In this document: piece after piece, positions 15,814-24,246 of the stretch | How positions within the stretch are numbered: the stretch's first letter is position 1 | How the letters are laid out: every line of letters starts with the position of its first letter | DNA from: a virus | Taxonomy: Duplodnaviria; Caudoviricetes | Virus record (IMG/VR): IMGVR_UViG_3300035051_000049 | Span: 1 to 24,246 of that record | Strand: one strand, 5' to 3' | Length of the DNA: 24,246 nucleotides | Translations under genes and position numbers: made by a program | The notes under the pieces: generated by a model | What the model saw: only the letters and a program-made list of their open reading frames with translations | Database searches by the model: none | Told to the model about the DNA's origin: nothing

Positions 15814-17056
15814 CGCATTTCTTACCCACTCCATGATTGCGGAGCGGGCATTATTCGACCTGACAAACAATCTGATTATGGCGCAGAAAGTGTATAAGGG
15901 GTACAACTCCGAATTCGCTACTGCAGTCGGGGGGTACCAGAAGGGTAACTCCGTAACCGTTCACCTGCCGAATAAGTTCCGGACCAAATCCGGGGCGGCA
16001 ATCAATAAAGTCCAGACAGTGGAAAACTCCACCACGGTTACCGTGGACGAGCAGGAACACGTGGCTCTGGATTTCACCGAGCGGGAATTGACGCTGGATA
16101 TCGCGGATTTCAGCCGGAAATACATCAACCCGGCGACCATAGCCCTCGCGAACAAGATCGACTCCGACGGGCACGACGAGTACGTGAACGTGTATAATTT
16201 CGTGGGTACTCCGGGGACGACTCCCGCGACATTCCGCGTTCTCGCCGATATTGCGGAGCGGATGGATAACGAGGCGGTCCCGGATGACCGGCTCGCGATG
16301 TGGTCTCCCAAGGCCGCGTGGGGTCTGGCCGACGGGGAGCTGAAGTCCCTGTTCCACCAGAATATCGTGGGGACCATGGTCCGGCGCGGATTCCTGGGTC
16401 GATTCGCCAACACCGAACACTTCATGACTCAGAACGGGTCCTCCCATACAGTCGGGACGCACTCCACGGGATCGACGGGGGTGATGAACGGGGCAACCGC
16501 TGAGGGTGCTTCCTCGCTGGTGACCAACGGGTGGGCCGCCTCGACTGAAATCCTGAAGCGGGGTGACGTGATCACGATCGCTAATGTCGTGGGGGTTAAC
16601 CCCGTAAGCGGAAAGGCGTGGGAGGGAAGCCAGCTTCGCCAGTTCGTCGTCACTGCCGATGTAACCTCGGATGGCTCGGGCAACGCGACGATCCCGATCA
16701 GCCCGAAGATCTACTCCTCTGCCGCCGGGGAAGACGTACTCCCGTATCAGACGGTAGTCACGCTGCCCGTAAATGGTGCCGCGATTACGGTCGTCACGGG
16801 AGCTGAGGGGACGACTCACCTGCAGAATCTGGCGTTCCACCCCGACTGCTTTGCCCTGACCATGGTTCCGTTCAAGAAACCGAAGAGCGCAGGCAGCAGC
16901 ATCATGTGGGGTCAGGCATCGGATAAACAGCTTGGGTTGAGCATCACGGTTGCGACCGCGTTCGACATCGACGCCTATTCCGAGGCCACTCGCCTTGACG
17001 TGCTGTACGGCTGGGATACGGTCCGGCCCGAACTCGGGGTGAGGATTACAGGGTAA
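15806..17056 (+). CDS. Major capsid protein, P22 coat (gp5) family
   Basis: MAN.FLT, G.SVTV.LP.KF, PA..ALANKID, LK.GDVITIA.V..VNP, NLAFH.D.F.L, RLDVLYG...VRPE. Confidence 0.95.
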   Translation: MANAFLTHSMIAERALFDLTNNLIMAQKVYKGYNSEFATAVGGYQKGNSVTVHLPNKFRTKSGAAINKVQTVENSTTVTVDEQEHVALDFTERELTLDIADFSRKYINPATIALANKIDSDGHDEYVNVYNFVGTPGTTPATFRVLADIAERMDNEAVPDDRLAMWSPKAAWGLADGELKSLFHQNIVGTMVRRGFLGRFANTEHFMTQNGSSHTVGTHSTGSTGVMNGATAEGASSLVTNGWAASTEILKRGDVITIANVVGVNPVSGKAWEGSQLRQFVVTADVTSDGSGNATIPISPKIYSSAAGEDVLPYQTVVTLPVNGAAITVVTGAEGTTHLQNLAFHPDCFALTMVPFKKPKSAGSSIMWGQASDKQLGLSITVATAFDIDAYSEATRLDVLYGWDTVRPELGVRITG

Positions 17057-17058
17057 CC

Positions 17059-17142
17059 CGTAGTCCGTGACGCGTAACCCCGGCCAGATAACCCCGGCTC
17101 GTAGTCCGTGACGCGTAACCCGTAACGGGTAACCCCGGCTCG
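17059..17142 (+). repeat. 22-bp direct repeat (41-bp period) plus TAACCCCGGC x3 after the coat gene
   Basis: CGTAGTCCGTGACGCGTAACCC at 17059-17080 and 17100-17121. Confidence 0.9.
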
Positions 17143-17148
17143 ATAATC

Positions 17149-17190
17149 GCGGGAGGATAACCCCCGCCTCCCGCTTCTTTTTTTTCTTTC
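17149..17190 (+). terminator. Rho-independent terminator after the coat gene
   Basis: Stem GCGGGAGG/CCTCCCGC followed by TTCTTTTTTTTCTTTC. Confidence 0.85.
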
Positions 17191-17335
17191 CTGGTAGCTT
17201 CATTTTCTGTGCCAGCTTGACGCTGTGCGTTGTGCGTTGGGGGTGTGCGGGGGGTGTGTGGGGTACCAGGGGGGGGGGATTACCCGTTACCCAAAGACCA
17301 AAACCCATTACCCATTAACCAAAAAGGAGAACGAA

Positions 17336-17695
17336 ATGGACTCAACCGACAATTACCGCATCGCGCCGACCTGGCTCCACCGAAAGGGGGAGGCTCGCCT
17401 CTTCACCACGCAAGAGGAAGTGGACGAAGCGTGGGGGGAGGGGTGGTTTGGACCCCCCTGGCTAAACAATGACGATCTTCTCCTCGGCAGCAAGGATTTC
17501 GAGGAAGAATTCCGGACCAAAGCTGGACTCGTCCGTGCCGTAAAGGAAGACCCGAGGTACGCTGGACTCGAACTCAACCCGAGGAATACCGTGGAAGACT
17601 TGATGAGTGACGTTATCGCGCATGAAATCGTCGTCGGGTTGCGTGCGGGGGGTGAGGACTCGGACGCGGGTGCGGACGCGGGTGAGGAGGAATAA
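17336..17695 (+). CDS. Hypothetical protein (119 aa) following the coat gene
   Basis: AAAGGAG RBS before ATG 17336; TAATG overlap with the next gene. Confidence 0.8.
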   Translation: MDSTDNYRIAPTWLHRKGEARLFTTQEEVDEAWGEGWFGPPWLNNDDLLLGSKDFEEEFRTKAGLVRAVKEDPRYAGLELNPRNTVEDLMSDVIAHEIVVGLRAGGEDSDAGADAGEEE

Positions 17696-18411
17696 TGGCC
17701 AGTAGCAGCGCCAACGACATTATCGAGCGGGCCTTGGTGAAGCTCGGGGTATTCCATCCGGGAGAGGCAATTCCCGCTTCGGTTCAAGCTCAGGTCTTCG
17801 CGGAACTCAACGACATGCTGGAGCGATGGGCGCTGGAGCGGCTAATGGTTTCCGCTGACGTCTTGGAGTCTTTCTCCCTCACGCCTGGGAAGGCGGATTA
17901 CACGTACGGGACAGGAGGAGACTTCGATTCCCCCGCCCCCGACTCCATCCTCCCCGGCGCGTTCATCCGGTCCGGCGCCACAGATTTCCCGCTCCACCGG
18001 GTGACGCTCGACACGTATCGCGCCCGGCCCACCAAGGACACGGGGGCCAGGCCGGAGGTCTTCGCGGTTAACCCAACCCCTGACTTGAACGAGATGTGGT
18101 TCTGGCCTACCCCTTCCGCAGCGGACGACGTGCACTTTCGCGTCCGTAAGCAGCTCACGTCTTTCCCGGATCGGACTACCGACGTCAGTCTCCCCAAGGG
18201 GTTTCGCGGGGGGATCGTGTCCAACTTGGCCATCGAGGTGAGCTCCAATTTCGGGAAGAAGGTGGGCCAGGGGCTTGCGGTTCAGGCCATAGGATTCACC
18301 CACTCGATAAAGCATGCGAACCGGGTCTCGGGCTACCCGATGCGCACCGACCTTGGAGCTATGACAGGGAATGCCCGCAGCCCGAGATTCAACTCGGGGC
18401 CGTTTGTGTGA
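17695..18411 (+). CDS. Head-to-tail adaptor, P22 gp4-like
   Basis: A.DII..AL..LGV...GE, LNDML..W, Y..G.GGDF, WP.P and NLA.E....FG motifs; expected position. Confidence 0.8.
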   Translation: MASSSANDIIERALVKLGVFHPGEAIPASVQAQVFAELNDMLERWALERLMVSADVLESFSLTPGKADYTYGTGGDFDSPAPDSILPGAFIRSGATDFPLHRVTLDTYRARPTKDTGARPEVFAVNPTPDLNEMWFWPTPSAADDVHFRVRKQLTSFPDRTTDVSLPKGFRGGIVSNLAIEVSSNFGKKVGQGLAVQAIGFTHSIKHANRVSGYPMRTDLGAMTGNARSPRFNSGPFV

Positions 18412-18412
18412 T

Positions 18413-18465
18413 ACCCGTAGGGGGAGACCCGTAAGGGGAGACCCGCAGGGAGACCCGCAGGGGAG
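18413..18465 (+). repeat. Four tandem 12-14-bp units ACCCGYA(A)G(n)AG
   Basis: ACCCGTAGGGGGAG ACCCGTAAGGGGAG ACCCGCAGGGAG ACCCGCAGGGGAG. Confidence 0.9.
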
Positions 18466-18489
18466 TGCAACGGAACAAAGGAGGATATA

Positions 18490-18669
18490 ATGGCTATCGA
18501 ACCAGCAACATACAAAGAACTAAGACGCGTGACAATTACCGAGGCAAACAACGGGTATACCGTCTCCAAGTACACGGACCAGGGGGAATCGGTCGAGGTC
18601 GCCACGAGTTGGGAGGAGGCGGCAGACGCAGCCCGCAAGATGATGGGTGCCGGGAAGGGAACGTCGTGA
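18490..18669 (+). CDS. 59-aa hypothetical protein
   Basis: Read manually: AAAGGAGG RBS, MAIEPATYKELRRVTITEANNGYTVS...; GTGA overlap with the gp10-like gene. Confidence 0.75.
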   Translation: MAIEPATYKELRRVTITEANNGYTVSKYTDQGESVEVATSWEEAADAARKMMGAGKGTS

Positions 18670-20111
18670 AGCTAAAGATCCCATTTACCGGACCGACCTA
18701 CCAGTCCGATTCGGTCTTCCTCTCGAACCAGATCTGCCGCAACTTCTACCTTCGCCCGTATCCCGAGATGGGTCAGGGGGCTATGGCCCTCTTCGGAACT
18801 CCGGGGCTGGTCGAGTGGTGCGACTTGGGGGTGGCGAGTAGGGTCCGAGGTATCCTCTCGTTCGACTCCTACCTCTATGCCGTCGCGGGCGGCAAGCTCT
18901 TTCGCGTAACCCCCGACGGTATCGCGGAGGAGTTGGGGTCTCTCGACACCACTGCGGGCACCATCAGTATGGCAACCAACGGGCTGGATCTGATTATCAT
19001 CGATGAGTTCTTCGGTTATATATGGGATTTCGGGGCTGAGACTTTCGCCAAGATAACAGACCCCAACTTCCCTCCCTGCCAGAGTGTAGTCCACATTGAT
19101 GGCTACTACCTTGTCCCGAAGCGAGACACGGGTCAGATATGGCGATCCGACTACAATGACGGTTCGACCTGGGGCGGACTCGCGTTCGACTCGGCGGGGG
19201 CCGATCCCGACGACGTTCTCGCGATTCAAGTCTCCAACCGTGACGTGTACACGATAGGGGAGCGGACGACCCAAATCTGGGTGAACACCGGGGCGGCAGT
19301 CTTCAATTTCCAATCCATTCAGGGAGCATTCATAGAGAAGGGGTCCGTCTCTCCTTTTGCCTCTTGCGTGGGGAATAACGCAGTCTATTTCGTCTCGCGG
19401 GACTACAACGGGCAGGGTGAGGTAGTCCAGGTGGTCTCCCGTCTAGCAAAGGTCATCTCTACTCCCGCCATCACCCGCCAGATTCAGTCTTGGGGTGACC
19501 TCGGGGATGTTCAGCTCTTCTCCTACGAGCAGAAGGGTCACACACATATCGTCGTAATGTCTCCGAACGCCAGAGAGACGCTCGTGTTTGACTCGACAAC
19601 CGGACAGTGGCACGAGCGATCCTCACGCTTCCTCGATGGTATGGAGATGGTAAACGGGCAATGGCGCGTGACCTCCCATACTTTCTTCGCCCGAGCCTCC
19701 CGGCATATCGTGGGGGACATGGAGAACGGGAAGCTCTACACGCTGGACCCCGACGCGTACGACGAGGACGGGGAAGAGATGATCTCGGTTCGCCGGACTC
19801 CAATCTTTCGCTCGAATCAGGAGCGGATAACGATTCACGAGCTACAGGTCGTTACGGAACCTGGGGTGGGACTCGTGACGGGAGAGGTGCAGGACGTAAG
19901 CCCGCAGGGGATTCTCCGTTGGTCGCGAGACGGGGGTCGGAGGTGGTCCGCCGGGGAGGACATTCCTCTCGGGCCGATCGGGGAGACGGAAAACAGGGCG
20001 CGGGTCATCCAACTCGGGCAAGGGGATAACTGGGTATTCGAGCTGGCTATCTCAGCCCGAGTGAAGCGGGTGATTAAGGACGCCATAGCGGAAGTGGAGA
20101 TGGATATATGA
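18666..20111 (+). CDS. Tail hub / packaged DNA stabilisation protein, P22 gp10-like
   Basis: TPGL, LYAV.G.KL, DGYY, Y.Q.GH, D..T.QWHER, L.WSRDGG..WS and G..GE...R motifs. Real start is probably GTG 18666, not 18465. Confidence 0.9.
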   Translation: MKLKIPFTGPTYQSDSVFLSNQICRNFYLRPYPEMGQGAMALFGTPGLVEWCDLGVASRVRGILSFDSYLYAVAGGKLFRVTPDGIAEELGSLDTTAGTISMATNGLDLIIIDEFFGYIWDFGAETFAKITDPNFPPCQSVVHIDGYYLVPKRDTGQIWRSDYNDGSTWGGLAFDSAGADPDDVLAIQVSNRDVYTIGERTTQIWVNTGAAVFNFQSIQGAFIEKGSVSPFASCVGNNAVYFVSRDYNGQGEVVQVVSRLAKVISTPAITRQIQSWGDLGDVQLFSYEQKGHTHIVVMSPNARETLVFDSTTGQWHERSSRFLDGMEMVNGQWRVTSHTFFARASRHIVGDMENGKLYTLDPDAYDEDGEEMISVRRTPIFRSNQERITIHELQVVTEPGVGLVTGEVQDVSPQGILRWSRDGGRRWSAGEDIPLGPIGETENRARVIQLGQGDNWVFELAISARVKRVIKDAIAEVEMDI

Positions 20112-20335
20112 GTTTAGGCCTACCATCACTCCCGAAAACCGAAATGTTTATCGGAGGGATAATGTCCATGGAGTGGCAGGAGTTCTTCCGCCTGCTGTTC
20201 GAGCGTGTCGGGGGGTACGAAGATTTGCCCGACAATGAGTTGCTGACGATAGATGAGGAACACAGGGTAACATTTACCTGGGATGGAACTGTCGTCGGAG
20301 TATGGATTGACGGAGTGTTTGTGAAGAATATATAA
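20108..20335 (+). CDS. Small tail-associated protein (75 aa)
   Basis: G.MS.EW..FF..L..RVGG N-terminus, of the kind that follows gp10-like genes; ATGA overlap. Confidence 0.65.
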   Translation: MSLGLPSLPKTEMFIGGIMSMEWQEFFRLLFERVGGYEDLPDNELLTIDEEHRVTFTWDGTVVGVWIDGVFVKNI

Positions 20336-20374
20336 TGTAGAACCCCGGGGAAGGGGTCATGGGAGGAGGATGGA

Positions 20375-20935
20375 ATGGAAGCGGAACTGAGGAGCAAAGG
20401 TGGGGACCGCATTAGGCTCGCGAGGATCGACGATATCCCGCGCATACTGCAGATGGCTTACGGGTTTCACGAGGATGCGATTCGACCGTTGGGTCTGGGG
20501 TATTCCCCCGCAGACTTCGGGGCCTATCTCGTATTCCTCATCCAGTCTCCAATCGCCTCGGTCTTCGTCCTTGAGGGGGACCTTGAGGGGGACCTTGAGG
20601 GGAGGGGAATCCAGGGAACGATAGCGGGTCTGATCTCCCCATGGTTCATGCAGGGGTCGGACGTCATCCTCACGGAGCAGTGGGTGTGGGTGGAACCTGA
20701 AGCTCGTGGGGGCGGGGCATTCTCCCGTCTCCTGGAAGCCCTGACCCAATGGGGGATCGGACTCGGGGCCACCAAGCTCTGCATGGTCGCGATTGGGAGC
20801 GGGACCGAGGAGCAGGTGCGGGAGTTCTATGCCCGAAGGGGCTTCACCTACATGGAAACGCACTTCATCAAAGACTTAAGCTCGGGATCGGGCGCGAGGA
20901 CGGGTCCGGGATCGGGCGCGAGGGAGGAGGAATAA
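20375..20935 (+). CDS. GNAT-family acetyltransferase-like protein
   Basis: IRLA...DIP.I, WV.PEARG.G...RLL and FY.RRGF motifs. Confidence 0.85.
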   Translation: MEAELRSKGGDRIRLARIDDIPRILQMAYGFHEDAIRPLGLGYSPADFGAYLVFLIQSPIASVFVLEGDLEGDLEGRGIQGTIAGLISPWFMQGSDVILTEQWVWVEPEARGGGAFSRLLEALTQWGIGLGATKLCMVAIGSGTEEQVREFYARRGFTYMETHFIKDLSSGSGARTGPGSGAREEE

Positions 20936-21783
20936 TGGCTATCGGAACAGCAACAGCAATACTCGGGGGAGCAGCTTTGGGGGTTGGAGGTTCTATTCTG
21001 GCCGCGGATAAGCAATCGAGCGCGGTCAATTCCGCCGCATCTTCTCAGGCTCAAGCCACTTCGCAATCGACCCAGATGCAGCTCGACTTCTTGCGCGAGA
21101 ACCACGAGGACATCGCCGAGGCAGTGGAAGCGGGGCTTATCGACCTGGATCAGGGGTTTAATCTCGCGATTCGGAAGCTGCAGCCCCTTACGGGTTTGAA
21201 GGTGTACAAACAGGCTCGGAACCTCCTAGCGGACCCGTCCTCGCTCGCGGATCGCCCGTCTTACCAGTTCCAGCTCGAGCAGGGAACGGAGGCGCTCCAG
21301 GGGGCCTTCTCCCGTGGATCCGGAGGGGGGCTGTCCGGACGAGGGGTCCAGGCCGCTCAAGAATTCGGGCAGAATCTGGCGTCAACCGCACTCGATGCGG
21401 AGTTGAACCGCCTGTTCCCCTTCATCAATACGGCAGTCCAGGCCCGCTCGAACATCAGCCAGCTTCAGGCATCCCAGGGCAGTGCGAAGGCCAATCTACG
21501 CCTCGGAGGGGCTACGGGACAAGCCAACGTCTCCGGCCAGTACGCGCCGGGTATTGCCGCCGGGATTCAGAGTCAGGGGAATATAGCCGCAAATCAGGCT
21601 ATCCTTGGGGCAAACGTCCAAACCGGACTCATGTCCAACTTGGCCAACGTGGGGACTCAGTTCATGAACACTGCAGCCGCTAACCCCGGCTTATTCAGCA
21701 CCCCCGCCTCGACTCCCCAGCCGTATAACCCGTGGGTATCGGCGCAGAACCCGCTGGGATTAACCCCTGGCCAGGGATTATAA
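20935..21783 (+). CDS. DNA ejection (pilot) protein, gp7-like
   Basis: GGAGGAGG RBS; Gly/Ala-rich hydrophobic N-terminus; P.YQF..EQG..A and GLSG motifs; Gln/Asn/Ala-rich. Confidence 0.75.
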   Translation: MAIGTATAILGGAALGVGGSILAADKQSSAVNSAASSQAQATSQSTQMQLDFLRENHEDIAEAVEAGLIDLDQGFNLAIRKLQPLTGLKVYKQARNLLADPSSLADRPSYQFQLEQGTEALQGAFSRGSGGGLSGRGVQAAQEFGQNLASTALDAELNRLFPFINTAVQARSNISQLQASQGSAKANLRLGGATGQANVSGQYAPGIAAGIQSQGNIAANQAILGANVQTGLMSNLANVGTQFMNTAAANPGLFSTPASTPQPYNPWVSAQNPLGLTPGQGL

Positions 21784-21831
21784 GAGGGGGGGGGGATGCC
21801 CGCCCCAACACTAACCAGGAACGGAGGAATT

Positions 21832-23136
21832 ATGCCGACTTTACCGCAGTTACAGCAGTTTCAAGTCCCAAATTACGCAGCGGACCTTCTCACGAAGCAG
21901 ACCACGGCCCAGCTCGCACAGACAGCCCGGCAGAAGGTGCAAAACGAAGCCGCCCTCGAGATGCAAAAGCTGGGCTTGAGGAACCGCGAGATTGGAATCT
22001 CGGAGGGGAGACTGGGGCTGGATATCCAGAAGCAGCAGGTTGAAGTCGCCAAGCTCCAACGGGAACAGGCAATCGACGCCAACGAGTTCGCGCTCAACCT
22101 CCTGACGGGAGTCAACTCCGAGGAGGACCTCTCGATAGCCAAGCACCAATTCGCCTCCCGCTACCCGGAGCACCTCCAGATGGTGAATCAAGTCCTTCCG
22201 TCTTATAACCCGACTTCAGTCCGCCTTATCCGCAACTCGCTACGGGATGAGACCACACGCCTGAAGCAAGAGGAACTCGCGTTCAGTCAGGCGATGGACG
22301 TCGGTAGATTCGGGCTGGAGGAGAGAGCGCAACGGCTCGGCGAGCGGAAGCAGACCTTCGAGGAGACGAGGCCGAGGGGTTACGCCCCCGGAACCCTCAT
22401 CAAGACTCCAGGAGGGACGGATCAGCAAGTTCCCACGGCCCCACCCAAACCCGACTTCGAACTCTTCACGGATTCGGAGGGGAACCAGGCGTATCTCGCA
22501 AAGGGCGCAAGTGTCCCGTCGGGATGGACCCGCGTGGATAAGCGTACCGGTCCTGCCGTCAACGTGTATACGGGGGACTTGGCCCGCACGACTCGCACCA
22601 AGGTGGAGTCCGAGATCATCGAGGGGGTGAAGAATGTCCAGTCCTTCCGCAAGACGGGGGAGATGTTCAAGGATGAGTACCTGGAGGTAATGGGTAAAGG
22701 AAAAAAAAAGGCGGCTGAGATTATGGACAAGGCCGGAGTCTCGACGGAAGATCAGAGGAAGTACATAAACGAGTACGCCCAGTGGTTCCGCCAGGCCAAG
22801 TCCGACTTCCTTGCCTACCGTAAGTGGGTGACGGGTGTCGCGGGAGGGGAGAAGGAGATGCAAGAGATTGCCACTGCCTTCCCCGATCCGGTGAACAACA
22901 GTCCCGAGCAGTACAAGGCGAACCTGAAGTCAATCGAGGAGACGACGAAGCGGGTACTCCAACTGAACGCAGACTTCCTCCGCCTCGGGATTGACATGGA
23001 CCAGCCTCTATCCGTTGTGCTGGAGCAGGCGAAGGAGAAAGGATTTGACCAGTTGCCGCCGGGGGCTGAACCCCAGGTCATCCGCTACACCCGTGACACC
23101 AACGGAAATCTTGTTCGAGAGGAGGAGGTCAGATGA
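21832..23136 (+). CDS. Second ejection/internal virion protein (in-frame upstream ATG at 21796)
   Basis: GGAGG RBS before 21832; Gln-rich coiled-coil N-terminus; position in the ejection cluster. Confidence 0.65.
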   Translation: MPTLPQLQQFQVPNYAADLLTKQTTAQLAQTARQKVQNEAALEMQKLGLRNREIGISEGRLGLDIQKQQVEVAKLQREQAIDANEFALNLLTGVNSEEDLSIAKHQFASRYPEHLQMVNQVLPSYNPTSVRLIRNSLRDETTRLKQEELAFSQAMDVGRFGLEERAQRLGERKQTFEETRPRGYAPGTLIKTPGGTDQQVPTAPPKPDFELFTDSEGNQAYLAKGASVPSGWTRVDKRTGPAVNVYTGDLARTTRTKVESEIIEGVKNVQSFRKTGEMFKDEYLEVMGKGKKKAAEIMDKAGVSTEDQRKYINEYAQWFRQAKSDFLAYRKWVTGVAGGEKEMQEIATAFPDPVNNSPEQYKANLKSIEETTKRVLQLNADFLRLGIDMDQPLSVVLEQAKEKGFDQLPPGAEPQVIRYTRDTNGNLVREEEVR

Positions 23137-23174
23137 TGGAGCGAATGGGACCACGAGAGGGGGAGGTCAGATGA
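23133..23174 (+). CDS. 13-aa minigene MMERMGPREGEVR bridging two ejection genes
   Basis: ATGA overlaps at both ends; repeat CGAGAGGRGGAGGTCAGATGA at 23116-23136 and 23154-23174. Confidence 0.45.
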   Translation: MMERMGPREGEVR

Positions 23175-24246
23175 AGAAGGTAGTAGGTCCAGAGGGCCAG
23201 GAGTTTGAGTTCCCGGACGACGTAACGCAAGAGGAAATAGACTCCGTGGTCCAGCGGGAGCTTGGATCTCAAGACGCGGGCGGAATCCCCGACCCCACCT
23301 TTGGGGGGTCTGGCTCCGTAGCCGCTCTTGACCCCGCTTCTGCAGCTCAGACCGAGAAGGGGGCCTCGATGGGGAGGGCAATCGCACTCGAAGCTCCACA
23401 GACTCTCGGAGGGGTAGCGGGGGGCCTGACCGCAGCCACCGGCCTGACCGCCGGTGGTCCCGTTCTTCTCCCGCTCGCAGTGGGTGCCGGCGTTGGAGGA
23501 GCTTTCGGGGAGTCCATGAAGCAAATCGGACAGCACCTCTCGGGTTCGCTCGACGCTCCCGCGACGTCAACGGAAGCGGCCAAACGGATAGGGGAGGCGG
23601 CTTTAACCGAAGCGGGGTTCGAGATGGTTGGGGGGTTGGTCGCGAAGGGATTCGGGAAGATCCTCGCCCCGTTTCGCAAGGAGACGATCCCCGGCCTCGC
23701 GACAGCCTCGAAACGGTTCGAGGATCAGATTAAGCCAGTCCTCCTCCCCTCCGAGGCCACCGAGTCTCGAGTCTTGGATATCCTCGGAAACATCAGCGAG
23801 TCGAGCCTCATCGGGGGAAACGCGATAGCCAAATTCAAGACCAAACGGGGGGAATTCTTCGACGATTTCGCGGACAGTATGATTGACCAATTCGGGAAAC
23901 GGGTAAGCCCGGACGAGTTGGGGTCTCTGTTCGTCACGGCACTCGAAGCGAAACGGAAAGTCCACAAGGAAGCGGCAGACGTGCTGTACAATAACGTGCA
24001 GGCCCTCATCCCTCCCGACGAGATCGTGAAGCGGACTGAAGTGAAGCTGGTCCCCACGGGCATCGCCGACGAGTATGGGAATCCGATAACGAGGACGGTT
24101 GAGGAGGAAGTGGAAGAGGTAATCCCGGGCTTCCGCATCCCCACCCGTAGCCTGCGCGACTTCTCGTCCAAGGTCCGCGTGCATTCCACGGAGCTCGGGG
24201 GAATAGAGGCGAAGAACGCGGGGGACGACCTGATGGATGCGATCAA
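23171..24246 (+). CDS. Large ejection/internal virion protein, 3'-truncated by the window
   Basis: Missing from the ORF track because it has no stop in the window. GGAGG RBS, MKKVVGPEGQEFEFPDDVTQEEID, then a Gly/Ala-rich hydrophobic segment. Confidence 0.8.
   Translation, partial: MKKVVGPEGQEFEFPDDVTQEEIDSVVQRELGSQDAGGIPDPTFGGSGSVAALDPASAAQTEKGASMGRAIALEAPQTLGGVAGGLTAATGLTAGGPVLLPLAVGAGVGGAFGESMKQIGQHLSGSLDAPATSTEAAKRIGEAALTEAGFEMVGGLVAKGFGKILAPFRKETIPGLATASKRFEDQIKPVLLPSEATESRVLDILGNISESSLIGGNAIAKFKTKRGEFFDDFADSMIDQFGKRVSPDELGSLFVTALEAKRKVHKEAADVLYNNVQALIPPDEIVKRTEVKLVPTGIADEYGNPITRTVEEEVEEVIPGFRIPTRSLRDFSSKVRVHSTELGGIEAKNAGDDLMDAI

Larger units (their letters stand above)
1..24246. mobile_element. 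Tailed phage/prophage genome segment with P22-like head, tail-hub and ejection module
   Basis: Terminase, portal, scaffold, P22-type coat, gp4/gp10-like and ejection-like genes in order. No host housekeeping genes, integrase or att site visible. Confidence 0.95.

Noticed and set aside
17199-17214. Antisense sigma54-like motif TGGCACAGAAAATGAA, and plus-strand TGGTATGTTTCACGCC at 5027
   Set aside because: Poor -12 elements and no suitably placed downstream gene.
15851-17308. 485-aa antisense ORF over the coat gene
   Set aside because: Shadow ORF from GC-rich codon bias; no RBS or recognisable motifs; overlaps a clear capsid gene and terminator.
18465-18665. N-terminal extension of the gp10-like ORF
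   Set aside because: The region is better explained by the 18490-18669 gene with a strong RBS; gp10-like sequence begins at GTG 18666.
1-24246. tRNA, rRNA, integrase, reverse transcriptase, transposase
   Set aside because: No cloverleaf or T-loop signatures, YxDD RT domain or recombinase motifs recognised in the window.

Overview
The window is a segment of a tailed dsDNA phage or prophage genome with a P22-like (podovirus-type) virion module. It starts with the 3' part of a DUF5664-type dATP/dGTP diphosphohydrolase gene on the + strand. A leftward operon of small early/accessory genes follows (556-4882, including a DUF932 protein), preceded by a strong sigma54-type -24/-12 motif at 4981-4996. 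A ~1.2 kb repeat-rich non-coding region (4883-6105) separates this from a rightward late operon: TerS, small membrane/lipoprotein/PLA2-like genes, TerL, a visibly more AT-rich module, portal, scaffold, P22-type coat, gp4-like, gp10-like, GNAT and three ejection-type proteins, the last running off the end. The AT-rich module between TerL and portal is the most notable part. It carries a diversity-generating retroelement (DGR) target gene with a clear variable region and a truncated avd, but no template repeat or reverse transcriptase in the window, so it looks like a frozen or trans-dependent DGR. It also carries an apparently split BTLCP/C93 cysteine peptidase. Other notable patterns are a strand-polarised heptamer repeat family at gene boundaries, duplicated stop/start junctions that create relay minigenes, a structured scaffold leader and a G-quadruplex-type tract. 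All family assignments come from motif recognition by eye; no database searches were run.
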